Assembly: GCA_016191115.1 (NCBI GenBank)
Contig: JACPPG010000050.1
Span: forward strand, 12,390-76,389
Source: Planctomycetia bacterium
Lineage (GTDB): Bacteria > Planctomycetota > Planctomycetia > Pirellulales > JACPPG01
Length of the DNA: 64,000 nucleotides
Reading direction: 5' to 3'
Shown here: one piece after another, positions 17,897-26,450 of the stretch
Position numbering within the stretch: position 1 is the first letter of the stretch
How the letters are laid out: each line of letters starts with the position of its first letter
Translations under genes and position numbers: made by a program
Notes under the pieces: model-generated
Seen by the model: the letters and a program-made list of their open reading frames with translations, nothing else
Told to the model about the DNA's origin: nothing
The model's database searches: none

Positions 17897-18304
17897 TTAC
17901 TTTTCGCGGTGTCCTTCCAGGAACCGGTCGAGGATGCCGTTGACGAACTGGGCGCTGTGCGCGGTGCCGAACCGCTTGGCCAGCTCGACCGCCTCGTTGA
18001 TCGCCACGCGGCCGGGCGTCGTAGTATACAGAATCTCGTAGGCCCCCAGCCGGAGCACGTTGCGATCGGTGGCGGCCATTCGCTCCAGGCTCCAGTTGTC
18101 GGCGGTGCGCGACAACAGGGCGTCGAGCTCGCCCTGATTGCGACGGACGCCGGCCACGAGCGAGCGGGCGAACTCGGCGAGCTCTTCGCCTTGCAGACGT
18201 GCGCGCAGGAACTCATCACCCCGCGCTGGCCCGGCACTGGGGTTCAGATCGTCCTGAAACAGGACTTGCAATGCAACTTCGCGCGCTCGGCTGCGTCGGG
18301 CCAC
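17897..18304 (-). CDS. nusB: transcription antitermination factor NusB
   Basis: ARRSRAREVALQVLFQ..., NWSLERMAATDRNVLRLGAYEILY, INEAVELAKRFG. GTG start. Confidence 0.9.
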   Translation of the reverse strand: MARRSRAREVALQVLFQDDLNPSAGPARGDEFLRARLQGEELAEFARSLVAGVRRNQGELDALLSRTADNWSLERMAATDRNVLRLGAYEILYTTTPGRVAINEAVELAKRFGTAHSAQFVNGILDRFLEGHREK

Positions 18305-18414
18305 TGTGAGAACCCAAAATACAGGATGGAGTCAGGATCGAGAGGACGGCTTCGCTTCGGGCCACGCGACCCTGGGGGCGCCTGGTGTCGTGTCTGGCTT
18401 AAAACGTGTCGCGA

Positions 18415-18489
18415 GTGCCATGCCCACGCTGGCCGTGGCCACGCGGCGGCGGGCACGGCCACGTCGGAGTACCTCCGTGGCCATGGCAC
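18415..18489. repeat. double-hairpin REP-like element (family GTGCCATG...CATGGCAC), copy 2
   Basis: The reverse complement aligns with 5460-5552 at both ends (TGCCATGGCCACGGAGGTAYTCCGACGTGGCC ... AGCGTGGGCATGGCAC). Lies between ribH and nusB. Confidence 0.7.
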
Positions 18490-18514
18490 CCACCTTCTTA
18501 CGCCAGACGCGACA

Positions 18515-18985
18515 CTAGGAGGGCAACTGGCCGAGCAGATGGAGCATTTCCAATGCCGCCAGCGCGCACTCGCTGCCTTTATTGCCTACGTTGCCCCCGG
18601 AGCGATGGATCGCCTGTTCGAGGGTATCGCAGGTCAACAAGCCGAACAATACCGGAAGGCCACTGCGCACCGATAGCTCGGCTAGTTGCAAGCTTACGGC
18701 GCGATTGATGTGCTGGTCGTGCGTGGTTTCTCCGCGGATGACCGCGCCCAGGCAAAGCACCGCCGCGAACTGGCCGCTGGCGGCCAGCCGCGCTGCGACG
18801 ACCGGAATCTCCCACGCGCCCGGCACCCAGGCGACCGCGATCTGCTCGTCGCGCACGCCCTGCGCGGCGAGCGTCTCGAGCGCCCCGGCCAAAAGCCGCG
18901 ACGTTACGGATTCGTTGTACCGCGACACGACGATCGCCAGTTGCGCCTGCGTGCCCTCGGGTTCTCCGCGAAAGGTTCTAGGCAT
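18515..18985 (-). CDS. ribH: 6,7-dimethyl-8-ribityllumazine synthase
   Basis: LAIVVSRYNESVTSRLLAGA, WVPGAWEIPVVA, LGAVIRGETTHDQHI, NKGSECALAALEM. ATG at 18985 is preferred over GTG at 19000. Confidence 0.9.
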   Translation of the reverse strand: MPRTFRGEPEGTQAQLAIVVSRYNESVTSRLLAGALETLAAQGVRDEQIAVAWVPGAWEIPVVAARLAASGQFAAVLCLGAVIRGETTHDQHINRAVSLQLAELSVRSGLPVLFGLLTCDTLEQAIHRSGGNVGNKGSECALAALEMLHLLGQLPS

Positions 18986-19044
18986 GGGCCGCACCGGCAC
19001 TTTGCGGACTGGACGTGCGACAGGCGAGCTTCGTCATTCGGCGC

Positions 19045-20358
19045 CTACTGCACGAGACTGTTGATCAGGTTCTCCAGCATTTCCTGGCGGCCGCTTTGGT
19101 TCGCGGCGGCGTCCCCCTTCTTGAGCATATAGGCTTCGAGCGATTTGAAGCCGTGCTTGCCGCCTTCGATCTCCGCGCCCACGCCCGAGTCCCAGCTTGC
19201 GTAGCGATTCTTCAGGAACTCGGCCAGGCGGCCGTCGGCGCGGATGGCGGCGGCGATCTTCAGTCCGCGCGCGAACGCATCCATGCCGCCGACGTGGGCG
19301 TGGAATAGATCGACCGGCTCGAAGCTCTCGCGGCGGACCTTGGCATCGAAGTTAAGGCCGCCGGTGGTGAAGCCTCCGTACTTCAAGAGCACGAGCATGA
19401 TTTGCGTCGTCAAGTAGATGTCGGTCGGGAATTGGTCGGTGTCCCAGCCCAGCATCAGGTCGCCGTAGTTGGCGTCGACCGAGCCCAGGAACCCCTGCAT
19501 GGCGGCGTATTCCAACTCGTGCTGCATCGAGTGGCCGGCCAGCGTGGCGTGATTGGCCTCGATGTTCATCTTCACGTTCTTGTCCAGGCCGTACGCGCGG
19601 AGGAAGTTGACGCACGCCGCCACGTCGAAGTCGTACTGGTGCTTGGTCGGCTCCTTGGGCTTGGGCTCGAAATAGAACTGGCCCGTGAAGCCAATCTCGC
19701 GGGCGTAGTCGACGGCCATGTGCATGAAGCGGGCGAGGTGATCGAACTCGCGCTTCATGTCGGTGTTCCACAGGTTCTGGTATCCCTCGCGGCCGCCCCA
19801 GAACGTGTAGCCGGCCCCGCCCAGCTCCTTGGTGACCTCCAGCATCTTTTTGACCTGCGCGGCGGCGAAGGCGAAGGCGTCGGCGTTGGGGCTCGTGGCG
19901 GCGCCGTGCATGTAGCGCGGGTTGCTGAACAGGTTCGCCGTTCCCCACAGGAGCTTGATGCCGGTGCGCTGTTGCTCTTCCTTGAGCACCTTGACGACCG
20001 CGTCGAGGTTCTTGTTGGTCTCGGCCAGCATGGCCCCCTCGGGCGCGACGTCGCGGTCGTGGAAACAGTAGAAGGGGACGCCCAGCTTCTCCATGAACTC
20101 GAAGGCGACGCGGGCGCGGTTCGTGGCGTTCTCGACCGAGTCGACCGGCCCTTCCCACGGCCGCAGCATGGTGCCCGGGCCAAACGGGTCGCTGCCGGCC
20201 CCGCGGAACGTGTGCCAGTAGGCGACGCTGAAGCGGAAGTGGTCCTTCATCGCCTTCCCTTCAACCAGCTCGTCGGCGTTGTACTGCTGGAAGGCGAGGG
20301 GGCTTTTCGCGCGCGAGCCCTCGTAGCGGATCTTCTGAACCTCGGGGAATGCGGCCAT
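19045..20358 (-). CDS. xylA: xylose isomerase
   Basis: [41 protein letters not shown]. 437 aa. Confidence 0.93.
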   Translation of the reverse strand: MAAFPEVQKIRYEGSRAKSPLAFQQYNADELVEGKAMKDHFRFSVAYWHTFRGAGSDPFGPGTMLRPWEGPVDSVENATNRARVAFEFMEKLGVPFYCFHDRDVAPEGAMLAETNKNLDAVVKVLKEEQQRTGIKLLWGTANLFSNPRYMHGAATSPNADAFAFAAAQVKKMLEVTKELGGAGYTFWGGREGYQNLWNTDMKREFDHLARFMHMAVDYAREIGFTGQFYFEPKPKEPTKHQYDFDVAACVNFLRAYGLDKNVKMNIEANHATLAGHSMQHELEYAAMQGFLGSVDANYGDLMLGWDTDQFPTDIYLTTQIMLVLLKYGGFTTGGLNFDAKVRRESFEPVDLFHAHVGGMDAFARGLKIAAAIRADGRLAEFLKNRYASWDSGVGAEIEGGKHGFKSLEAYMLKKGDAAANQSGRQEMLENLINSLVQ

Positions 20359-20530
20359 AAGTGTGCCCTTCTCGTCGTCGGGAGTGGGTGAGCTGGGATT
20401 CCAAGTCGCGGCGCATCGATCCGCGGAAACATCATCCTACCGGCAGTTCCCCCGCTGGCAATCCGGGGGCACACTCTCCTACTTCCCTCGCCCCTTGCGG
20501 GAAAGGGGTCGGCGGTGAGAGGAGCGGTCA

Positions 20531-20652
20531 AATGATGAACGATGAATGCGGAATGATGAATGGAGGATCGCGAGCGTCGTGCGGAGGTTTACGGGGCAGT
20601 GAATCGCGCGACATTCCCCTCCTCAGCCCATTCATCATTCCGCATTCATCGT
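20531..20652. repeat. AT-rich palindromic element family 1, copy 2
   Basis: AATGATGAACGATGAATGCGGAATGATGAATGG ... CCATTCATCATTCCGCATTCATCGT. Lies in the divergent xylA/ABM intergenic region. Confidence 0.8.
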
Positions 20653-20705
20653 GGGTCGCCTATGATGACGCAGCCATCCCGATTCAAGCCCTCCGGAGTT
20701 GCTCG

Positions 20706-20993
20706 ATGATCTACGCCAATATCTGGTTGACCGTCAAGGACGCCAAGGACGTGCCGGAGATTCGCGAGCTATTGCGCGAGCAAGGGAAACTTTCGCGGGC
20801 CGAGCCTGGCTGTCTGCGGTTCGAGGTGTACCACTCGCAGGCCGATGAGACGCGGTTTCTGCTGTGCGAGCGGTGGGCGTCGCAAGAGGCGCTCGACGCG
20901 CATCGCAAGGCCAAGGCCTACACCGAAATCTACCAGCCCAAAGTGCTGCCGAAGGCCGAGCGGCAGGGGCACGTGTGCACGCTTGTCGAGTAG
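20706..20993 (+). CDS. antibiotic biosynthesis monooxygenase (ABM) domain protein
   Basis: MIYANIWLTVKD...GCLRFEVYHSQADETRFLLCERWASQEALDAHRKAKAY, 95 aa. The ORF-track extension upstream runs through the repeat. Confidence 0.7.
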   Translation: MIYANIWLTVKDAKDVPEIRELLREQGKLSRAEPGCLRFEVYHSQADETRFLLCERWASQEALDAHRKAKAYTEIYQPKVLPKAERQGHVCTLVE

Positions 20994-21012
20994 GCTTCTG
21001 AAACGAAAACGT

Positions 21013-21120
21013 GTGTGCCACGGCTTGTCCCGAGAGGGCAAGCCGTGCTGATTCGGGCATCGGCTTCACGACTCCGACGTCCTCTCGCATTGCACTGCTT
21101 CCCTCGAAGCAGTGGCACAC
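21013..21120. repeat. bipartite hairpin element family 3 (GTGTGCCACGGCTTG...GAAGCAGTGGCACAC), copy 1
   Basis: 9-bp terminal inverted repeat GTGTGCCAC/GTGGCACAC. Internal hairpins CACGGCTTG-N-CAAGCCGTG and GCACTGCTTC-N4-GAAGCAGTG. Lies between convergent gene ends. Confidence 0.8.
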
Positions 21121-21165
21121 CGCAGTCGGCATTGACCTGGTTTTACTGCAGGTCGTGTGCTTCCG

Positions 21166-22941
21166 TCACGGCCCCGATGCCGCACTCTTCGCCGCAGTCG
21201 TCTGGGCCCGCACAAACGCCAGCACCGCGTCGAGGGCCGGGTCGCGATTGGCGAAATAGTCCTCCGAGCTCAATTCGACCCGGAAATCCGGCGCCACCCA
21301 GATCCGGCTATCGGTCGGGTAGGCGTGCTGGTGGTAGCGGGTCGAGATGCTCAGAGCGGCGCCGCTGTAGGGGAGCACCACGCCGGTGCTCTCGCCGGCG
21401 GCCTTGGGGCGCGAGCCAGTCGGCTCGCCGACGAACACCGCCTCGGTCAATCGGTCGAGGTCGTTGGTGAAGTTCTGCGCGGCCGAAAACGTGCCGCGGC
21501 CAACCAGGGCGTAATAACGCGCTTGCGGGTTGTCGCGCTCATAGTGAATCAAGGTTTTCAACAAATTGAGATACAAATAAGTGTCGCCGCCGCCATTGTG
21601 CCGCAGATCGACGATCACCGCTTTCGGGCGCTGGCTCTCGAACTGCGCCTGCAGTCGATCGGCGAACCGATCGAGCGTGTCCCCCTTCTGGCCGCCCACC
21701 GAATTGAACTGGAAGTACAGGGCTTCGGCATCCGGCAGCGGCTCGAACCAGTACGCCGTCTCCATCTTCGACATGTAGCGCGGCGGGGGTGGTGCGTCGG
21801 CAAGCCGTGAGGGAGGCAGGTCGCCATTGTACCGCGGACCGTCGGCCGGTTCGATCGCCACGGTGCGCGTCTTGCCGGCGCGATCCACGACGTCTAGTGA
21901 TAGCGGCCCCTCGGCGGGCATCAGTCCCAACGACTTGAGCAGCCACGGCTTGACCAGCTCGAACGGGCCAAGCCAGATGATGCCCATCGGATTGTCGCGG
22001 CTTTCGACGGTCGCCAGCAATTGCTTGAGGCGCTCGATGTCGGCGCCGCCCAAGCGCTCGACGCGGCAGCCGATCAGGTCGCGGTAGGGCTCGGCGGCGT
22101 CGATCACGAACAGTCCGTCGCTGAAGAAGTACAGCCGCAGCGGCAGGGTCTTTCGACCGCCAAAATGGGGCCGGGTGTGGCCGTCGCCCAAGAGCACCAG
22201 CGCCTTTTGTATTTCGGCCAGGATGTCACCGTCGGTGAGATCGGCGACTTTCGCGCGAATTGTTTGGACCGCTTCGGTGAACCGCGCGGCCCGGTCCCCT
22301 TCGCGCCATTGGACGTGCATCCGCGCGGCTTCGCGCAGCAAGTGATCGAGATCGCGCCGCCACTTCTCACCGCGATCGACCTTGTCGGCGTCGACCGGCA
22401 GCGCCGCCAGGCGGATGAATCGCGGGTCGTCGCGCAAGAACTCGAACCGCGGGTCGGTCCGCATCACGTTCGAGTGCTCGTGCCGCGCGGCCAGTGCTCG
22501 CTCGAGCCAATCCATGGTCCGCTCGCCGTCGTGCGACTGGGCGTACATCCGGGCGATCTGGTATTCGTTGTGGCCGCCCGCCGCGTCGAACCCCAGTTCG
22601 ATCAGCTTCTCGTAGGCGGCGATGGCCCGGTCGTAGTGTTCCGTGCGTTCTTCGCAACGCGCCAGGCGGTTCCAGCTTGGCTGGTGGTAGGGGTTGACCT
22701 CGACCAGGCGCCGGTAAAGAGGCAGAGCCTGCTCGTAGTTGAACGCGCGGAATTGCTTCTCGGCGTCCTGGACCAGGGCCAGATACTCTTCCGGCGGTAG
22801 CGTCGCGGTCCGCGGCTGCGGAACTTCGCCCGCGGCATCCTCGGCCGAGGCGACCGCCAGACCGCCGCGGCTGGCGGCCAGCCCTAGAAGGACAGACAAG
22901 ACCAACAACTCACGTCCGGTGGGTAAGGATGCGCATCGCAT
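21166..22941 (-). CDS. secreted TPR + S41-family (tail-specific-like) peptidase domain protein
   Basis: Signal peptide MRCASLPTGRELLVLSVLLGLAA. TPR-like N-terminal region. C-terminal VIVDLRHNGGGDTYL...GRGTFSAAQNFTNDL is typical of peptidase S41. Confidence 0.65.
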   Translation of the reverse strand: MRCASLPTGRELLVLSVLLGLAASRGGLAVASAEDAAGEVPQPRTATLPPEEYLALVQDAEKQFRAFNYEQALPLYRRLVEVNPYHQPSWNRLARCEERTEHYDRAIAAYEKLIELGFDAAGGHNEYQIARMYAQSHDGERTMDWLERALAARHEHSNVMRTDPRFEFLRDDPRFIRLAALPVDADKVDRGEKWRRDLDHLLREAARMHVQWREGDRAARFTEAVQTIRAKVADLTDGDILAEIQKALVLLGDGHTRPHFGGRKTLPLRLYFFSDGLFVIDAAEPYRDLIGCRVERLGGADIERLKQLLATVESRDNPMGIIWLGPFELVKPWLLKSLGLMPAEGPLSLDVVDRAGKTRTVAIEPADGPRYNGDLPPSRLADAPPPPRYMSKMETAYWFEPLPDAEALYFQFNSVGGQKGDTLDRFADRLQAQFESQRPKAVIVDLRHNGGGDTYLYLNLLKTLIHYERDNPQARYYALVGRGTFSAAQNFTNDLDRLTEAVFVGEPTGSRPKAAGESTGVVLPYSGAALSISTRYHQHAYPTDSRIWVAPDFRVELSSEDYFANRDPALDAVLAFVRAQTTAAKSAASGP

Positions 22942-23181
22942 GAATCGCCTCGCCTGATTGGATGCAGGGTCTCGCACAGGGTCGCCCGGGCGCAGCGCGA
23001 CCGCTCCCGCCCGTGGGGCCCCCGGCCCAGTCTATTCGCCGCTCAGAGGGCTTTCTTGGGGCTGAGGAGACAGCGGCGTAGAAATAGCCGCGCGCAGAGA
23101 GCCACCTCAGCGCTCAATAGAGCAGGAAACGCCCACGTCTCTTTCGGCCGTGGGGCGGCTGAGTCAAGGCGCGCGAAGGAA

Positions 23182-24177
23182 CTAGGCGGCCTGCTTCTTC
23201 CCTGTCTTGCGTCGCACGAAGAGAAGGCCGATTCCGCCAAGGATCAGCAGCACATATGTCGCCGGTTCGGGCACGCCCATGTCGCTGGCGGTGTACTCAA
23301 ACCCCCACCATACGCCGCCATAAAGCGTGACTGCATTCTGCCACACGCCGTTTCCGCCTAGCGTCCGGGTGTCGTCGGCCAGAATCACCTGAAACTGGAC
23401 GGACGCTACGGGACTCCCCTCGTATTCGTTCTCATTGATCTTGGGCACGTCCAAGAACCACCCTCCTTGGCCGCGGCCGGGTTGGGCAGGGTTGGTCAGC
23501 GCGAGAGTGCCCGCGGTGCCCGGCGTAAGCCCTCCGTCGTAAAAGGGGGAAGAGTTGTCGCGGGTGGTGAAGGTAGCGTCGGTGAAGTTGTCCAAGCCCG
23601 TCGCGAGCGCCGTTCCGCGGATCGTGCCGTTCAGTCCCTGAATCCAGCGGAGATTGTTCATGGCCGGCGCGCCCGGCTGCGGGATGTACTTGAGATTCAA
23701 GACGGCGCCGCCGCGCTCACCCATGAGTCCATCCCCCGCATAGGTCGCCCCATTGGCGGTGTACGCCGTCGGCTCACTGATGACCCACGGATAGTAGTCA
23801 ATCGTGGTGATCCCCGCCTCGACTTGGGCCTCCTGGGCCGCGCCGGCCCACGTGAAAGTCCAGGCCTCGCCCGAGGGGCCGGACCCGTTCGCGGGATTGG
23901 CGGCCAGAAACGTCGCCAAACCGGTGTTGATCCAAGGGCACTGCCCCGGCGGCATCGTTTGAATCGTACTGACCGCGATTGCGGGATACGGATTAGCCGT
24001 GGAGGTGTTGATGTCGTCGCCGAAGATGCGCGGCCCGTCCTGCTGCTGCGTGCCACCGTAGGCATTGCTCGGCGCGAGCAAAACGCCGCCGGCCAGCAAC
24101 ATCATCGCGGTGAGCAGCGGAACGATGTGCCGTGCTCTTGGAGTCACGGAACGCGTGCCCGTGATCTGGTGTCGCAT
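23182..24177 (-). CDS. PEP-CTERM sorting-domain secreted protein
   Basis: ATG at 24177 is preceded by GGGGAGAA. N-terminal signal/TM segment. C-terminus is VPEPATYVLLILGGIGLLFVRRKTGKK. Confidence 0.8.
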   Translation of the reverse strand: MRHQITGTRSVTPRARHIVPLLTAMMLLAGGVLLAPSNAYGGTQQQDGPRIFGDDINTSTANPYPAIAVSTIQTMPPGQCPWINTGLATFLAANPANGSGPSGEAWTFTWAGAAQEAQVEAGITTIDYYPWVISEPTAYTANGATYAGDGLMGERGGAVLNLKYIPQPGAPAMNNLRWIQGLNGTIRGTALATGLDNFTDATFTTRDNSSPFYDGGLTPGTAGTLALTNPAQPGRGQGGWFLDVPKINENEYEGSPVASVQFQVILADDTRTLGGNGVWQNAVTLYGGVWWGFEYTASDMGVPEPATYVLLILGGIGLLFVRRKTGKKQAA

Positions 24178-24610
24178 GGTTTCTCCCCTGATGAAGTGAA
24201 AAGCCCTGTGGGCCCCGAACTTGTGATGATTGATTCGCGCGCGGACCGGCGCGCGAGGTGCGACATGAGACGTACGGCTACGGCGCAATGGGACTCCCGA
24301 AGCGATGGGCGGCAATCGGTCTGCGCTGGCGAAAGGCGGGAACCACTCGTGGCGAACGGAAGAGACGCCCCGCGGATTTCGCCGTCGAGAAGAATCAGCA
24401 ACGCCGAATGGGCCTGGCTGTGAGTCGCGGCCGTCGCGCGGCCATGGACCGTCGCAGGCCGAGGGAGGTGAAGAGAGAACCGCTAAAGACGTGCGCGAGC
24501 ATGCGCGCGAACATGAAGGTGCTGTCGCCGGCCCAGGAACTCGACCTCTCCAGGTCATTAGCGTACTCCCTCACAATCGCCTGCCGGCTTGCACGCCCAC
24601 TTGGCGGCAC

Positions 24611-24639
24611 AATCTACCCGTGCCCAGCGGCATTGTCAA
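24611..24639 (-). promoter_or_regulatory. near-consensus sigma-70 promoter facing the PEP-CTERM gene
   Basis: Minus strand: TTGACA (24634-24639), 17-nt spacer, TAGATT (24611-24616). An AT-rich tract (24640-24660) sits upstream, which is unusual in this GC-rich context. Confidence 0.35.
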
Positions 24640-24756
24640 TAAATTTCAGAAAATTAAGCTTGGCGCTAGCCGGGCCGCGGATCGCAAGGGGGGATTGGTT
24701 TCCGGCCGGGACAGACGAGCGCGAAACCAGGCCACGGCAAACTGCCACTGTCCTAA

Positions 24757-25572
24757 CTAACCAGTTACCCGCCGCAGCACCCAGTCGCCCAGCCGGGGCC
24801 ATAGCGCGGCCAGGGCCACCAGCAGCCGGGCCCGGCCTGGAACCACGATCTCCGGCTGCCGCCGCTCGCAGGCCCGCACGATTCGCTCGGCCAGGTATTC
24901 GGGGCGCAGCAGGTTGAGCTTCACGCCCGCCCCCGGCTTGTTGGCAGCGTCGGGCAGATCACTTGAGTCGCCGGAGCGGGCCAGCGGCTCGCGGCGCGGC
25001 TCGTCGCGGGCGATCGGTCCCGGACAGACCAAAAGCACGTGCAGCCCCCGCGGCTCAAGCTCCAGCCGCAACTGCGCGGTGTACGCCGAGAGGGCAAACT
25101 TGCTGGCCGGGTAGGCCCCCATGTAGCGGGTGGCTGACTTGCCGGCCAAGGACCCGATATTCACCAGGTGCCCCCGCCGCGCGAGCAAATGCGGCGCGGC
25201 GGCGCGGGTACAGCGGACGACGCCGATCAGGTTCAGTTTCAAGAGCTCCTCGAAATCCTCGGGCGTCGTGTCCAGAACGGCGCCGCGGGCCGAACGGCCT
25301 GCGTTGTTCACCAGCACGTCCAATCGGCCGAACCGCTCGATGGCGCCGGCCACGAGAGCGTCGACCGATTCCTGCCGCGTCACGTCGGCTTCGATCCCCG
25401 TGACGTCGAAGCCTTTCTGCGCCAGGTCGCGGGCCGTTTGATCGAGCTTCTGCCGGTCCCGAGCGGCGATCACCACGCGCGCCTTCCGCGCGGCAAACGC
25501 CGTGGCAATCGCCCGGCCCAGGCCGCTTGAACCGCCCGTGACCACCACGATCTTGCCGTTCCAGGAATCCAT
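24757..25572 (-). CDS. SDR family oxidoreductase
   Basis: KIVVVTGGSSGLGRAIA, NNAG, YPASKFAL. ATG at 25572. Confidence 0.85.
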   Translation of the reverse strand: MDSWNGKIVVVTGGSSGLGRAIATAFAARKARVVIAARDRQKLDQTARDLAQKGFDVTGIEADVTRQESVDALVAGAIERFGRLDVLVNNAGRSARGAVLDTTPEDFEELLKLNLIGVVRCTRAAAPHLLARRGHLVNIGSLAGKSATRYMGAYPASKFALSAYTAQLRLELEPRGLHVLLVCPGPIARDEPRREPLARSGDSSDLPDAANKPGAGVKLNLLRPEYLAERIVRACERRQPEIVVPGRARLLVALAALWPRLGDWVLRRVTG

Positions 25573-25627
25573 GAATCGACTCGTCTTGCTAGGTCGCGGC
25601 CCGCCGCGGAACGAACGTACCCGGACA

Positions 25628-26173
25628 TCACTCGATGGCCTTGAAACTTGTCGCCGTCCATTCGACGTCCAGATTGGTGCCCAACACATTCCTCTGGTAG
25701 CGGCGCGGGTAGCCGTAGCGCGGGTCGAACTCGCCGCGAAAGACCGTCTCGGTCACGGCCAGCACGCCGAATCCGCCCGGGGTCTCGGCCGAGTCGAAGT
25801 CCTGCCGGATCGTTTCGAGCTGGCCGGGCACGGTCCAGTATTCCCAGGTGCGCGACTGCGCGGGGACCACGCCGTCGCGCGTCATCCGCGTCACACGGCC
25901 GACGCGGACTTCGATGTGCACCGGTCCGGGGCGCCCGCCGCCGACCATGATGTCCATGTCGTAGCTGGCCGGGCCGTTCTCCGTCCAGCGGCGGGCCGCC
26001 GCCTCCAGGTCCTCGCGCGTCACCCGCGGCAAGGTCTCGCCACGCCGGGCGATGGAAATCGCAAATATCACTCCGACGGTGAGGGCCACGCCCAACAGAA
26101 CGCCCAGGGCCACGGCCGGCGCGCGCGACCGCTTTCGCGTGGAAGGCAGCGAGCCGTTTTTGTTTGGTTCCAT
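25628..26173 (-). CDS. hypothetical membrane-anchored protein
   Basis: ATG at 26173 (MEPNKNGS...). Single TM segment APAVALGVLLGVALTVGVIFAISI. No motif recognised. Confidence 0.55.
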   Translation of the reverse strand: MEPNKNGSLPSTRKRSRAPAVALGVLLGVALTVGVIFAISIARRGETLPRVTREDLEAAARRWTENGPASYDMDIMVGGGRPGPVHIEVRVGRVTRMTRDGVVPAQSRTWEYWTVPGQLETIRQDFDSAETPGGFGVLAVTETVFRGEFDPRYGYPRRYQRNVLGTNLDVEWTATSFKAIE

Positions 26174-26245
26174 CGGCGATCCGACCGGTACGAAGTCCAG
26201 ACCTCGTGCGTGATCCTGGTGTGTGACTCCGCCAGTGCGTGATCC

Positions 26246-26300
26246 GTGTGCCACTGGCTCTGCCAGTGCGAGGGCCACATTGGCGGAGCCAGTGGCACAC
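26246..26300. repeat. 55-bp palindrome with family-3-type termini
   Basis: GTGTGCCACTGGCTC (26246-26260) is the exact reverse complement of GAGCCAGTGGCACAC (26286-26300). Confidence 0.8.
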
Positions 26301-26450
26301 AAACGACTGTTCGGACCAAGTTCCCAAATGGTGAACCTGAAAGGCCAGCCGCCGGGTCTCGTCAATCGGCCAGCCGCGCGGTACGTTTGCGGCACGCCGG
26401 CCACATTCTCCCCTTGCGGCGCGCCGTTGGTCAACCACGCCTGGCATCGC

